From assembly GCA_049322315.1 (NCBI GenBank), contig JBMORF010000056.1, positions 11,972-75,971 of the forward strand: 64,000 nucleotides of DNA, in the 5' to 3' direction. The notes beneath the pieces were generated by a model. It ran no database searches. It saw only the letters and a program-made list of their open reading frames with translations, and was not told the origin of the DNA. Below are positions 34,281 to 46,895 of the stretch, piece after piece. The position numbers and the translations under genes were made by a program. Each line of letters begins with the position of its first letter. Position 1 is the first letter of the stretch. Source of the stretch: Thermodesulfobacteriota bacterium (lineage in GTDB: Bacteria > Desulfobacterota > Desulfobaccia > Desulfobaccales > 0-14-0-80-60-11).

Positions 34281-35344
34281 TAACTGTACTGGCCACGATC
34301 ATCGTTTTAGGCGTCCTGATTTTCATCCATGAGTTGGGTCATTTTCTAGTGGCCAAGGCTTGTGGGGTGCGGGTGGATGTCTTTTCCCTGGGGTTTCCCC
34401 CCAAGGTGCTGCACAAACAGATAGGGGAAACGGATTACCGTCTCTCCATCATCCCTCTGGGGGGCTATGTTAAGCTTTTGGGGGAAAACCCCCATGACGA
34501 GGTGCCCCCGGGACTGGAGCACCGTTCTTTCCAGCACCAAGCCTTGTGGCGCCGGTTTCTCATTGTCTTGGCCGGGCCGGGATTCAATTTTCTCTTCGCG
34601 GTCTTGGCCCTTTTCCTGGTCTTTACCTTCGCGGGCATTCCTTACCTGACCACGGTAGTGGGAGGGTTGACCGAGGATTCCCCGGCGCTTAAGGCCGGGC
34701 TGCAACAAGGCGATAAGGTCCTGCAGGTGGACGGGCAACCGGTGAAGCGTTGGGAGGAACTCTATCCAAAAATTAAGGCGGCGGGAGAGCACCCCCTGAC
34801 CCTGGAGGTGCAGCGGGGGGAAAAAGTCTTTCAGGTGACCCTGACCCCCAAACGCCAGGAGATCACGGATGTCTTCGGGGGCAAGGTGTCCTCGGTGATC
34901 ATCGGCATCCGGGCCTCCAACGTTTTTGGCGTTGACCGGGTAGGCCCCTTTAGGGCCTTTACGGCCGGGGTGCGGTTCTCCCTGGATATCGCCCGGGTCA
35001 CCCTGCAAAGCATCTATAAAATACTGTCCCGGGAAGTGCCTCTTAAAACCCTGGGGGGTCCCATCCTCATCGCCCAGATAGCCGGCAAGCAGGCGCAGGC
35101 GGGGGTTAGCTACCTCATCCACTTCATGGCCGTCTTGAGCGTCAACCTGGCCATGTTGAACCTCCTGCCCATTCCCGTCCTGGATGGGGGCCACTTATTT
35201 TTCTTTCTCTGGGAGGCGGTGTGGGGTAAACCCGTGGCCGTCAAACACCGGGAAACCGCCCAGGCGTTGGGGCTGATGCTGATTTTGGCCATGATGGTCC
35301 TGGTGTTTTATCAGGACATTTTGCGCCTTATCGACCCTAAGTGA
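34277..35344 (+). CDS. rseP: RIP metalloprotease RseP (site-2 protease)
   Basis: HELGHF zinc motif, PDZ region (GDKVLQVDG), C-terminal LNLLPIPVLDGGH. Confidence 0.9.
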   Translation: MITVLATIIVLGVLIFIHELGHFLVAKACGVRVDVFSLGFPPKVLHKQIGETDYRLSIIPLGGYVKLLGENPHDEVPPGLEHRSFQHQALWRRFLIVLAGPGFNFLFAVLALFLVFTFAGIPYLTTVVGGLTEDSPALKAGLQQGDKVLQVDGQPVKRWEELYPKIKAAGEHPLTLEVQRGEKVFQVTLTPKRQEITDVFGGKVSSVIIGIRASNVFGVDRVGPFRAFTAGVRFSLDIARVTLQSIYKILSREVPLKTLGGPILIAQIAGKQAQAGVSYLIHFMAVLSVNLAMLNLLPIPVLDGGHLFFFLWEAVWGKPVAVKHRETAQALGLMLILAMMVLVFYQDILRLIDPK

Positions 35345-35347
35345 TGG

Positions 35348-35368
35348 TTTTCCGTTTTCCGTTTTCCG
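35348..35368. repeat. heptamer tandem repeat (ttttccg)x3
   Basis: ttttccgttttccgttttccg immediately after rseP stop. Confidence 0.85.
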
Positions 35369-35433
35369 TAAAGAAACCGCGTTGCGATAGCTTGTCATTA
35401 GGAGGAAGCAAAGCGATCGAAGAAGCTTAAAGA

Positions 35434-35469
35434 CGAGATTCACTACGCTGCGCTTCGTTCAGATTAACA
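35434..35469. repeat. third copy of the tgtcatYctgaacg..aatctcg interspersed element (reverse orientation)
   Basis: Reverse complement tgttaatctgaacgaagcgcagcgtagtgaatctcg aligns with 8821-8859. Confidence 0.55.
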
Positions 35470-35509
35470 GATTAAAAGATTCTCACAGAAATTCTCTTCT
35501 CTACTATTT

Positions 35510-36196
35510 ATGGGTTCTTTTAACGGAAAACGGTTTTTAACCCTGGCCCTGGACACCTCCACCGAGGAAGGGAGCCTGGCCCTGGCGGAGGATGACCAGC
35601 TGCTGGCGGAATCCTCGCTGCACAGCCCCGGTACTTTCCTGCAGCACCTGCTCCCCGGAATAAAGGAATTACTGGCGGCCGGGGGGCGTCGCCTGCAAGA
35701 TTTGGGGGCCATCGCCGTCAGCATGGGGCCCGGTAACTTCACCGGACTGCGCATCGGCCTGGCCACCGCCAAGGGCCTGGCCTGGGCCCTGGGCTGCCCC
35801 CTGGCGCCGGTCTCCACCCTGGAGGCCCTGGCCGCGCAATTTCCCCGGCAGCCCCACCCAGTCGCGGTCCTGATGGACGCCAAACGGCAGGAAGTCTATC
35901 TGGGTCTCTTTCAGTGTCCGGGGGAACTCCCCCAACCCCTGGATGAACCCCGGCGCCTGGCCCTTGCCGCGCTCCCTCCCCTGCTTAAACCGCCCCTGCT
36001 CCTCACCGGCCCCGGCCTCAGCGTCTACGCGGATTTCCTGGAAAAACACCTGGCCCCGGGCGTCTCCTGGGCCCCGCCGGAGGAGCGCCACCCCCGGGCC
36101 GCCACCGTCGCCCGCCTGGGAAGGCTCCTCCTGGCACAAGGTTTGGCGGCCTCCCCCGCCAACCTGACCCCCACCTACCTGCGCCCGGCACTGTAA
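35510..36196 (+). CDS. tsaB: tRNA threonylcarbamoyladenosine biosynthesis protein TsaB (YeaZ)
   Basis: LALDTSTEEGSLALA.., GPGNFTGLRIGLATAKGLA. Confidence 0.8.
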   Translation: MGSFNGKRFLTLALDTSTEEGSLALAEDDQLLAESSLHSPGTFLQHLLPGIKELLAAGGRRLQDLGAIAVSMGPGNFTGLRIGLATAKGLAWALGCPLAPVSTLEALAAQFPRQPHPVAVLMDAKRQEVYLGLFQCPGELPQPLDEPRRLALAALPPLLKPPLLLTGPGLSVYADFLEKHLAPGVSWAPPEERHPRAATVARLGRLLLAQGLAASPANLTPTYLRPAL

Positions 36197-36349
36197 TGGG
36201 AGCGGTTTAATCTATTTCGCCGTTAGCACTGCGAAGTAAAAAAAACATGACAATAATAGTCTGTTTTTTCCTGCAAACCGCCAAGTTATCCCCACTCGGA
36301 TGGGCCAGGCCCCCCACAAATCATCTGACCCGGCATAAAAACTTGACAG

Positions 36350-37780
36350 TTGGGGGGGGACATGATAAAAAAACATAGTCTAACCAATCAATATTTCAGG
36401 GTTTTCATGCCTCAAGCACCCATGCCGGTGGTGGATCTCCGGTCCCGCGAGTATTATATAGCTTCATGTGTTGCCTGGGCCCAAGAGAAGTTGTCCCGCT
36501 TCGGCTCGGTGGCCGAGGTTGCGGCCCAGGAACGCGCAATAAACCGATATCCACGTCTGGAGCAACTCGGAGAACCCCATCTCATCTATCTTTTAAGTGA
36601 AGAATATTTCGACAAGGTGAGGAAAGCAAAGGAAGCAGTGGCCCGGGGGGAAGTGCTCCTGGAGCACGCGGCCGCAGGGGAAGGCACCCGGCTGTTCCTG
36701 GGACCCAAGTATTTCATCAATATCGGCAGGGACCTGGGGCCGGAGCAGATCGCCCATCTATTGAGCGTGGAGGCCGGGAAGGTAGTTTCTCCGGAGAGCC
36801 TGGCCCCCCTGTTGGAATGCCGGCCCCAGGATTTGCTGCCTCTGTCCCTGGGAAACCGGCACATGCTGCAACTGGCCTTCGATTTGGCCGGGCTGGCCCG
36901 GGAATTGGGAGAATCCCCGGCGGAAGTGCTTGAGCGCCAGCATCTCCTGATAATTATCGGCGAGGAAATGGCCGCGGGCATAGAAAAAGAGTTTTATCAA
37001 TGGCATTTTTACGGCTTCCGCCCGGACCGGGTTTTTTTCATGGTGCAGGACAGCTTCCATGGTCTAAACTTGAAAAATGGACGGTTTTTTTATGAAGCAT
37101 CCTCTCCCCGGCGGCTGCACAACCACGGGCAGATGGTGATGCAGCAGACCATGGACCGGCAGCTTTTCACCTTGCCGGGGGCCCAGGTCCGGAAAAGAGT
37201 CTATCATTCCCAGGCGGCGGTGGGGGATTGGCTCCAGGGCTTTGTCGATAAAATATCGTATAATATTGAGGATCTGGACTATCTCACCGGATCTCTGGAT
37301 TTTCACAGCCTGGGTCTGGTGCTGGAGTTAGGGGAGAAGGGGTTCCGCATGGTCATGGAAGTGGTGGCCAACAACCCGGTGAAGCCCCAGAAGGGGGGCA
37401 TGCTGGCCTGGGACCCCGCGCTTTCCCGGGACGTGATGATCGAAAGCTTCCAGTTGGGTGATCTGCCCAACCAGGACATTGCGTTCCTGAACCGGAATTT
37501 TAACCACTTTCCCCGGCCCTTCGAGAGCTGGGCGCGGGTCCGGGACGAAGGACTGCCCATGCCCGTGGCCGTAAAAGACGGTTTTTTGTATTTCCAACCG
37601 GTCCAGGGAGATATCAATTTTCTGGTGCCCACCGCTTTTTTCCGCCGCCAGGAGATGCCGGCCATCAAAAATTTGAAGTCCCCGGCCACCTTGCCCCTGG
37701 CCATTAACCGCATGGCGGCCCAGGACCGCCAGCCCGGGTTCCGGGAATTTGTGCAGCGTGCCTGGGAGGGGAGCAAATGA
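36350..37780 (+). CDS. UDPGP-family (UTP-sugar-1-phosphate uridylyltransferase-like) protein; start uncertain
   Basis: AAGEGTRL resembles the (L)AGGQGTRLG nucleotide-binding motif; the rest is only loosely family-like. Confidence 0.4.
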   Translation: MGGDMIKKHSLTNQYFRVFMPQAPMPVVDLRSREYYIASCVAWAQEKLSRFGSVAEVAAQERAINRYPRLEQLGEPHLIYLLSEEYFDKVRKAKEAVARGEVLLEHAAAGEGTRLFLGPKYFINIGRDLGPEQIAHLLSVEAGKVVSPESLAPLLECRPQDLLPLSLGNRHMLQLAFDLAGLARELGESPAEVLERQHLLIIIGEEMAAGIEKEFYQWHFYGFRPDRVFFMVQDSFHGLNLKNGRFFYEASSPRRLHNHGQMVMQQTMDRQLFTLPGAQVRKRVYHSQAAVGDWLQGFVDKISYNIEDLDYLTGSLDFHSLGLVLELGEKGFRMVMEVVANNPVKPQKGGMLAWDPALSRDVMIESFQLGDLPNQDIAFLNRNFNHFPRPFESWARVRDEGLPMPVAVKDGFLYFQPVQGDINFLVPTAFFRRQEMPAIKNLKSPATLPLAINRMAAQDRQPGFREFVQRAWEGSK

Positions 37781-39531
37781 GTCCGCCCCGGAAGATGTTT
37801 GTCAACGCCGCCGACCCGGAAGAATTCCGGGTGGCCATCGTCGAAGAAGGCCTGCTGGAAGAATTGGCCCTGGAGTCCGCCTCCCGGGAGGCCACTAAAG
37901 CCAATATTTACAAAGGCATCGTGGCCAATATCGAGCCCAGCCTCCAGGCCGCGTTTGTCAATTACGGGGGGGAGCGCCACGGCTTTTTGCCCTTGTCGGA
38001 AGTGCACTCCGATTGGTTCCAGGAAAAACCCCAGAGCAAGTCCAAAACCAAGATCCAGCGGGTGCTGCGCAAAGGCCAGGAGCTCATCGTCCAGGTCTAT
38101 AAAGAGGAATCCGCCACCAAAGGGGCTTACTTAAGCACCTATATTTCTCTTCCCGGCCGGCGCCTGGTGCTTTTGCCCCGTCAGGCGCATCTGGGCATCT
38201 CCCGGAAGATCGAAAAGGAAGAAGAGCGCCAGCGCCTCAAGGAACTGGCCCAGAAACTGGGCCTGCCCCCGGAGATGGGCCTCATCATCCGCACCGCCGG
38301 GGAGACCGCGGCCACCCGGGAGTTGTCCAAGGACCTGAACTATCTCCTCAAGCTGTGGGAAAATATCAAGGAGGCCGCCCAATCCCAGCCGGCCCCCTGT
38401 CTGCTGCACCGGGACCTGGATCTCATCACCCGGACGGTCCGGGACTATTTTTCCGCGGATATCAAGGCCATCCTGGTGGACAACAAAGACGTCTATCAGA
38501 CCTTACGCGCCTTTATTCAGGAAATGTCCCCCCGCCACGTCCATGCCCTGAAGCTTTATAAGGACAAGCTCCCCATCTTCACCCGCTACCAGTTGGAGGA
38601 ACAGCTCGACCGCATTTACTCGGAGCGCGTACCCTTGAAATCCGGCGGCTCCATCGTCATCAATCCCACGGAAGCCCTGGTCTCCATCGACGTCAATTCC
38701 GGGCGCTGCACCGGCCAGAAAGAGATCGAAGACACGGCCCACCGCACCAATTTGGAAGCCGCCGAGGAGGTAGCCCGGCAGCTCCGCCTCCGGGACCTGG
38801 GGGGCCTGATCGTGATCGACTTCATTGACATGAAGGACAAGAAGCACCAGAAAGAGGTGGAGCAGGTCCTCAAAGCCAGCCTGAAAAAGGATAAGGCCCG
38901 GGTGACGGTGGGGCATATCTCCAAGTTCGGCCTCCTGGAACTCTCCCGGCAACGCTTGCGTCCCGCCGCTGAGGCCAGCGCCTATATCCCGTGTCCCGCC
39001 TGCCGGGGCCGGGGCCGCATCAAAAAGGTGGACACCCTCGGTATCGGCCTCCTCCGGCAAATCAGCACCCAGGCCACCCAGGGGCAATTCCAGGAGGTGC
39101 GCATCCTGGCGCCCGCAGAGGTGAGCCATTTTCTCCTCAATAAGAAGCGGAAAGAACTGCTGGCCCTGGAGGAACAATACGGCTTCAAGCTGGTGGTGAC
39201 CGGCAGAGAAGACCTGGGTCCCGAGGAAATCCTGGTGGAATATCTCAAACGGGAGGCGGCGGAACCTAAACCCCCGGCCGAACCCAAACCCGGGCCGGAG
39301 AGCAAGGCCTCCGCTCCAGACAAGGCCGAGGACGAGGAAAAACCTGCCGGGGAGCAGAAGCCGGCGCCCAAAGCCAAAAAGGCCGGGGCCAAGAAACGTC
39401 CGTCCCGGTCCCGGCGGCGGGCTACGAAACCCAAGGCCCCGGCGGAGCCGACCGGTGAAACCCCGGAGGCGGAGACCGGAGTCGCCCCGGAGGAAACCGC
39501 CCCGGACCCGGAAGTCCCCGAAGCAAACTAA
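37777..39531 (+). CDS. ribonuclease E/G family endoribonuclease with Lys/Pro/Glu-rich C-terminal tail
   Basis: S1 domain NIYKGIVANIEPSLQAAFVNYGGERHGFL, DNase-I-like core VIDFIDM, Zn-link CPACRGRG. Confidence 0.9.
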   Translation: MSPPRKMFVNAADPEEFRVAIVEEGLLEELALESASREATKANIYKGIVANIEPSLQAAFVNYGGERHGFLPLSEVHSDWFQEKPQSKSKTKIQRVLRKGQELIVQVYKEESATKGAYLSTYISLPGRRLVLLPRQAHLGISRKIEKEEERQRLKELAQKLGLPPEMGLIIRTAGETAATRELSKDLNYLLKLWENIKEAAQSQPAPCLLHRDLDLITRTVRDYFSADIKAILVDNKDVYQTLRAFIQEMSPRHVHALKLYKDKLPIFTRYQLEEQLDRIYSERVPLKSGGSIVINPTEALVSIDVNSGRCTGQKEIEDTAHRTNLEAAEEVARQLRLRDLGGLIVIDFIDMKDKKHQKEVEQVLKASLKKDKARVTVGHISKFGLLELSRQRLRPAAEASAYIPCPACRGRGRIKKVDTLGIGLLRQISTQATQGQFQEVRILAPAEVSHFLLNKKRKELLALEEQYGFKLVVTGREDLGPEEILVEYLKREAAEPKPPAEPKPGPESKASAPDKAEDEEKPAGEQKPAPKAKKAGAKKRPSRSRRRATKPKAPAEPTGETPEAETGVAPEETAPDPEVPEAN

Positions 39532-39628
39532 AGGTTCAGCATTTTCGTGGGGGCAATGCCCTCCTTCTGCTGGTAAAATATATAAAAATTAAATTGTTGG
39601 CCTAGATTCCCCTTTAAGGAGTTTTTTC

Positions 39629-41287
39629 ATGCGCAGCAACCTGATGAAACAAGGTCTGGAAAAATACCCCCACCGCTCTCTGCTGAAGGCCATGGGCCTC
39701 ACCGACCGGGAAATCGACCAGCCCATTATCGGCGTCGCCAATTCCTATAACGAATTCATTCCCGGCCACATTCACCTGGACAAGATCACCCAGGCGGCCA
39801 AGGACGGGGTGCGGCTGAATGGCGGCACGCCTTTGGAGTTCGGAGTCATCGGCGTCTGCGACGGCCTGGCTATGCACCACCAGGGCATGAAATATTCCCT
39901 GCCTTCCCGGGAAATCATCGCCGACTCCATTGAGATCATGGCCACGGCCCATCCGGTGGACGGGTTGGTGCTGGTGGCCAACTGCGATAAAATCGTCCCC
40001 GGCATGCTCATGGGGGCCTTGCGCCTCAATATTCCCTCGATCCTTATTTCCGGCGGCCCCATGATGGCCGGACTCCATAACGGTAAGGCAGTGGACCTGA
40101 TCACGGTTTTTGAGGGAGTGGGTGCGGTGAAGGCCGGGAAGCTCACCGAAGACGAATTAAAGGAACTGTCGGAGTGCGCCTGCCCGGGGTGCGGCTCCTG
40201 CGCCGGCATGTTCACCGCCAACTCCATGAACTGCCTCAGCGAGGTCTTAGGGCTGGCCCTCCCCGGCAACGGCACCATCCCGGCGGTGCATGCGGCCCGC
40301 TTCCAGTTGGCCAAGATGGCGGGCATGAAACTCATGGAAATGGTGACCAAGCAGATTCTGCCCCGGCAGATCGCCACCTTAAGCGCTTTTAAAAACGCCA
40401 TGGCTGTGGACATGGCCCTGGGCTGCTCCACCAACACCGTGCTACATGTACCGGCCATCGCTAAGGAAGCGGGGATTAACCTGTCCCTGGATCTGTTCAA
40501 TGAGATCAGCTTGAAGACGCCGCATCTTTGCTCCCTGAGCCCCGGCGGCCCCCATCACCTGGAGGACCTGGACCGGGCCGGAGGCGTGCCCGGGGTGATG
40601 AAGGTTTTGCTTAATGCCGGCTTCCTGGACGGCTCCCCCTTAACCGCCACCGGAGCCACGGTGGCCGATAACCTTTCCGCTGCTCGGGTCCAGGATGCTG
40701 ACGTCATCCGCCCCATAGACCGGGCCTACCATGCCGAGGGGGGCATCGCCATCCTGAGGGGCAATCTGGCCCCCGACGGCGGGGTGGTGAAGCAGTCGGC
40801 GGTGGCCCCGGAGATGCTGGTGAGAGAAGGAACGGCCCGGGTTTTCGAATCCGAAGAAGAGGGCACGGCCGCCATCTTGGGAGGCAAGATCAAGCCCGGG
40901 GACATCGTAGTCATCCGCTACGAAGGCCCCAAAAGCGGCCCGGGCATGCGGGAGATGCTCACCCCCACCTCCTCCATTGCCGGCATGGGTCTGGATAAGG
41001 AGGTGGCCTTGTTGACCGACGGCCGGTTCAGCGGCGGCACCCGGGGGGCGGCCATCGGCCACATTTCCCCGGAGGCTGCCGAAGGCGGCCCCATCGCTTT
41101 GGTCCGGGAGGGGGACCGCATCAAAATCGACATTCCGGGTAAGACCATCACCCTGATGGTGGCAGAGGCGGAACTGGCCAAGCGCAAAGCAGCCTGGCAA
41201 CCTCCGGAACCCAAGATCAAGCACGGCTATGCCGCCCGCTACAGCCGGGTGGTGTCCTCCGGCAGCAAGGGCGCCGTATGTGAGTAA
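39629..41287 (+). CDS. ilvD: dihydroxy-acid dehydratase
   Basis: [54 protein letters not shown]. Confidence 0.97.
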   Translation: MRSNLMKQGLEKYPHRSLLKAMGLTDREIDQPIIGVANSYNEFIPGHIHLDKITQAAKDGVRLNGGTPLEFGVIGVCDGLAMHHQGMKYSLPSREIIADSIEIMATAHPVDGLVLVANCDKIVPGMLMGALRLNIPSILISGGPMMAGLHNGKAVDLITVFEGVGAVKAGKLTEDELKELSECACPGCGSCAGMFTANSMNCLSEVLGLALPGNGTIPAVHAARFQLAKMAGMKLMEMVTKQILPRQIATLSAFKNAMAVDMALGCSTNTVLHVPAIAKEAGINLSLDLFNEISLKTPHLCSLSPGGPHHLEDLDRAGGVPGVMKVLLNAGFLDGSPLTATGATVADNLSAARVQDADVIRPIDRAYHAEGGIAILRGNLAPDGGVVKQSAVAPEMLVREGTARVFESEEEGTAAILGGKIKPGDIVVIRYEGPKSGPGMREMLTPTSSIAGMGLDKEVALLTDGRFSGGTRGAAIGHISPEAAEGGPIALVREGDRIKIDIPGKTITLMVAEAELAKRKAAWQPPEPKIKHGYAARYSRVVSSGSKGAVCE

Positions 41288-41596
41288 AGGGGCCTTGGGG
41301 GGGGGAAGGGTCAGGGCCTTACCCCCATACCCCGCCCCTCCATTCTTTGAGAAAGAAGCGCCTTTAATCAAGATGCCGACGCCGGTTGCCAGAGTTTTGC
41401 AGTTTTCGACAATCTCCACGGATGATCGGCTGCCAAAATAATGGTAAACTGCAAAATCAGTTAAACCAAATTTAATCCTTTGATAATAAAAACTAATATG
41501 ATTTTCAACAGTTAATCCAGTTATCGACAAAACCTTCATGACCTATTTAAAAAACTAAATTTATATTTAATTTTTATTTTTTAGGAGAAATTGACT

Positions 41597-42727
41597 ATGC
41601 GGCTGACGATCGAGCGGGAGACTTTGTTGAAGGGAGTAAGCCGGACCCTGGGGGTGGTGGACCGCCGGGGCACTATGCCCATTTTGAGCCATTTTCTCCT
41701 GGAAGCCGGGGACAGCGGGGTAAAAATATCCGCCACCGACCTGGAAGTAAGCTTCCGGGGCTCTTATCCCGCTATGGTGGAGGAGCCGGGCTCCCTCACC
41801 CTGCCGGCCCACTACTTTCACAACCTCATTAAAGAATTGCCCGGGGAATCCCTGAACCTGGAGGGCACCGAGAAATCCAACCTGCACGTGCTGGTGGGGG
41901 AATCCCGCTACCAACTGTTGGGCCTGCCGGCGGATCAATATCCGGCTATTCCCGAAATCACCGACCAGAAAATGGTGGAGGTGGAAAGCAAGCTCCTGAG
42001 GGAGATGATCGACAAGACCATCTTTTCCGTGTCCGTGGACGACTTGCAATATCATCTCTCCGGCATCTTCTGGGAACGGGTGGAGACGGAAGGGGAGTAT
42101 TTCCTGCGCATGGTCTCCACCGACGGCCACCGCCTCACCTTGATCGAGCGCCCCTTGCCGGCCAGCGAGCAGTTCGCCATCGAGGAAGGCATTCTCATCC
42201 CCCGGAAAGGAGTGGGTGAGATCTCCCGCCTCCTGGGGGAAGAAGAAAAGGTGGCCCTGGGACTGACCCGCCAGAGCCTGGCCTTGAAGGCCGACTCGAA
42301 ATTCCTCTTCATCAGGTTATTGGAAAAGAAATTTCCCGAATACCGGCGCATCATCCCGGATAGCGCCGCCTTTCATTTTGTCCTCAAACGCCGGGAACTG
42401 CGGGATACGGTCTATCGCATTTCCCTGCTGTCCACCGAACGGTTCCGGGGGGTGATTCTGAAGATGGGGCCGGAGCAGTTGGAGGCCTCCTTCAGCAACC
42501 CGGAGGTGGGGGAAGGACGGGAGGTGGTGCCCTTGCAACTGGAGAAAGGCAACCCGGAAGATTTGCCCTTGGAGATCGGTTTTAACGCCCGCTATCTCCT
42601 GGAGCCCTTGAACGTCATGGACGAAGAAGAAGTAGTTCTGGAAATTAATGACCGGGACCGGCCCTGCCGCCTGGTGTCCAAGGTGGACCCGGGGTATTTC
42701 ACCATCATTATGCCCATGAGCCTTTAG
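41597..42727 (+). CDS. dnaN: DNA polymerase III beta sliding clamp
   Basis: ATG 41597 after AGGAG; MRLTIERETLLKGV.., VSTDGHRL, typical 3-domain length. Confidence 0.95.
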   Translation: MRLTIERETLLKGVSRTLGVVDRRGTMPILSHFLLEAGDSGVKISATDLEVSFRGSYPAMVEEPGSLTLPAHYFHNLIKELPGESLNLEGTEKSNLHVLVGESRYQLLGLPADQYPAIPEITDQKMVEVESKLLREMIDKTIFSVSVDDLQYHLSGIFWERVETEGEYFLRMVSTDGHRLTLIERPLPASEQFAIEEGILIPRKGVGEISRLLGEEEKVALGLTRQSLALKADSKFLFIRLLEKKFPEYRRIIPDSAAFHFVLKRRELRDTVYRISLLSTERFRGVILKMGPEQLEASFSNPEVGEGREVVPLQLEKGNPEDLPLEIGFNARYLLEPLNVMDEEEVVLEINDRDRPCRLVSKVDPGYFTIIMPMSL

Positions 42728-42741
42728 GGGATGAATACCCC

Positions 42742-43077
42742 ATGGCCGAACTGATTGCTTGTTGCGGGCTGGTCTGCTCGAATTGCCCCACCTTCATCGC
42801 CACCCAAAACGATGATGATGCGGCCAGGGAAAAGACCGCGGCCCTATATGCCCAAAGGTTCGGGCTTTCTTTTCAGAAGGAAGATATCAACTGCGACGGG
42901 TGTCGGAGCGAGGGCGGCAGGCAGATCGGCTATTGCCGGACCTGCGAGATCAGGCGCTGCTGCCTGGGCAAAAGCCTGGCAAACTGTGGGGCTTGCCCGG
43001 AACAGCCCTGTGACCTACTCCGGCGCTTTCACGAGTTCTCTGCCGAGGCCAAAAGCGCCTTTGCGGCCCTTAAATAA
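42742..43077 (+). CDS. DUF3795-like Cys-rich protein
   Basis: CCGLVCSNCP.., CDGCRSEGG..YCRTCEIRRCC..CGACPEQPC pattern. Confidence 0.65.
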   Translation: MAELIACCGLVCSNCPTFIATQNDDDAAREKTAALYAQRFGLSFQKEDINCDGCRSEGGRQIGYCRTCEIRRCCLGKSLANCGACPEQPCDLLRRFHEFSAEAKSAFAALK

Positions 43078-43135
43078 TCTTAAAAAACACAAACCGGCGG
43101 CGGCTGGAAAGAATAGGCCGCAGTTACATCAAGTT

Positions 43136-43303
43136 ATGGACGAGAAAAGATTTTTGCAGCGTTTCGGGACGTGGGTGGGCTACACCGACGCGGACATGGA
43201 GCAGATTCCTGCAGGAGACCCCAGGGTGGGAAAGGTAGCCGCAGGCTTGGCCGTGGAAACCAAAATCCCCCTAAATCTCCCTTTAAGAAAGGGGGACTTT
43301 TAA
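43136..43303 (+). pseudogene. truncated duplicate of the 5' end of gene 43422-43853
   Basis: MDEKRFLQRFGTWVGYTDADMEQIPAGDPR vs MDEKKFLRRFGERVGYTDAELEQIPEGDPR; reading frame runs into the 43263-43338 repeat element and stops. Confidence 0.55.
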
Positions 43304-43338
43304 ACCCCCTCTTTATAAAGGGGGGCAGGGGGGATTTT
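43263..43338. repeat. MITE-like 76-bp element with terminal inverted repeats and two internal palindromes
   Basis: aaaatccccc ... gggggatttt termini; internal ccctttaagaaaggggg and cccctctttataaagggggg. Confidence 0.5.
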
Positions 43339-43421
43339 TTATTCATGTTGGTGAAATAAACTTTTGATTCATGGACGTTTAGCCTGGGCCGGCTCAAGAC
43401 GGGGCTGCTAGTAAGCAAATT

Positions 43422-43853
43422 ATGGACGAGAAAAAATTCCTGCGGCGTTTCGGAGAGCGGGTCGGTTACACCGACGCGGAACTGGAACAGATCCCTGAGG
43501 GCGACCCCCGTCTCCGGCAGATCAGCAGATTGGCCCGGGCCGCGGCCAAATATTCCCTCCAGGGGGAGGTGGTGGCTGCCCGGCATTGCAACTCCGGCTA
43601 TAAGAAAGGGGATAAATTCATCCTGGACGTGGACGGCAATTTCGTCACCAAGCTTTGCCCCTCCAGGATGTGCGTCTATCTGGTGGCGCAGATGCAAATT
43701 CCCGTGGCCCTGATCAACGAACGCTTGAGCGAGGGCCTGGACCCAAATAAGTTCCATTTCATGCATTATGTGCGCTGCCCGGATACGGGGGTGGAATGCG
43801 CCGGATACGGGGAAGTCATGGTGCGCATGTCCGTAGTCCCCCGGGTGAAATGA
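43422..43853 (+). CDS. small Cys-containing protein, possibly TIGR04076-like
   Basis: GDKFILDVDGNFVTKLCPSRMCVYL pattern recalled from TIGR04076; low certainty. Confidence 0.45.
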   Translation: MDEKKFLRRFGERVGYTDAELEQIPEGDPRLRQISRLARAAAKYSLQGEVVAARHCNSGYKKGDKFILDVDGNFVTKLCPSRMCVYLVAQMQIPVALINERLSEGLDPNKFHFMHYVRCPDTGVECAGYGEVMVRMSVVPRVK

Positions 43854-43891
43854 ATTTTTATTTTTAACCAAATAACCAAAGTGGTTTTGCC

Positions 43892-44347
43892 ATGGCTAGG
43901 ATAGGTATCATCACCTGCTTAAACTGCACCCAGGAGGCCAACTGCGCCGCGGTGGTCTGCCTGGGGGAACTGAGAAAGCGCCGGGGCTTTTTCGAGGGCT
44001 ACCCCAAAGATGAGCCCCTGGAGTTGATTGGCCTCATCAGTTGCGCGGGCTGCCCCACCCTGGCGGCGCCGGAAAAGATTCTGCGCCGGGTCAGGGCGGT
44101 GGCCGAATTCCGCATTGACGCCCTGCATTTTTCTTTTTGTATGACCGCGGTCTGTCCTTTTTTGCATAAATATGTGGAAATCATTAACGAACATTTCCCT
44201 AATCTGGAATTAGTCTTGGGCACGCATAAACCCTTACCGCCGGCAGAGTTTCGCAGGGGTATCAAAGAACTGCTCTGTCAGACCATAAATGAGCCCCAAA
44301 CCATGGCGCACATGATTCGGGGAACCCTGAAAACCCCCGAGGAGTAA
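43892..44347 (+). CDS. CGGC-domain protein
   Basis: IGIITCLNC..CAAVVCL.. and LISCAGCPT (CGGC-type motif). Confidence 0.6.
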   Translation: MARIGIITCLNCTQEANCAAVVCLGELRKRRGFFEGYPKDEPLELIGLISCAGCPTLAAPEKILRRVRAVAEFRIDALHFSFCMTAVCPFLHKYVEIINEHFPNLELVLGTHKPLPPAEFRRGIKELLCQTINEPQTMAHMIRGTLKTPEE

Positions 44348-44353
44348 GTTTAG

Positions 44354-46774
<2,421 letters not shown>

Positions 46775-46895
46775 TATAAATATACCCGGCTGGAGCCTGT
46801 TAAGGCGCGGCGCCGGAGTTCCAGGGGAAAACCGGGGATGCAGGCCCTTATCAGGCTGCCGGCGCCGCCCGGACTATTTTCAGGAGGAAGTTGCC

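Noticed and set aside
40640-41539. 299-aa minus ORF starting in the AT-rich spacer upstream of dnaN (MKVLSITGLTVENH..FGSRSS..)
   Set aside because: More than two-thirds of it is antisense to ilvD. The first ~80 codons might be a remnant of some gene (faint nucleotidyltransferase-like GS motif), but the catalytic Asp pattern is missing, so it is not called.
41288-41596. Possible oriC in the AT-rich region upstream of dnaN
   Set aside because: I found only one near-consensus DnaA box (ttatcgaca around 41522) plus an AT-rich tract, and dnaA is not adjacent. The evidence is insufficient; it needs GC-skew and DnaA-box cluster analysis on the whole genome.
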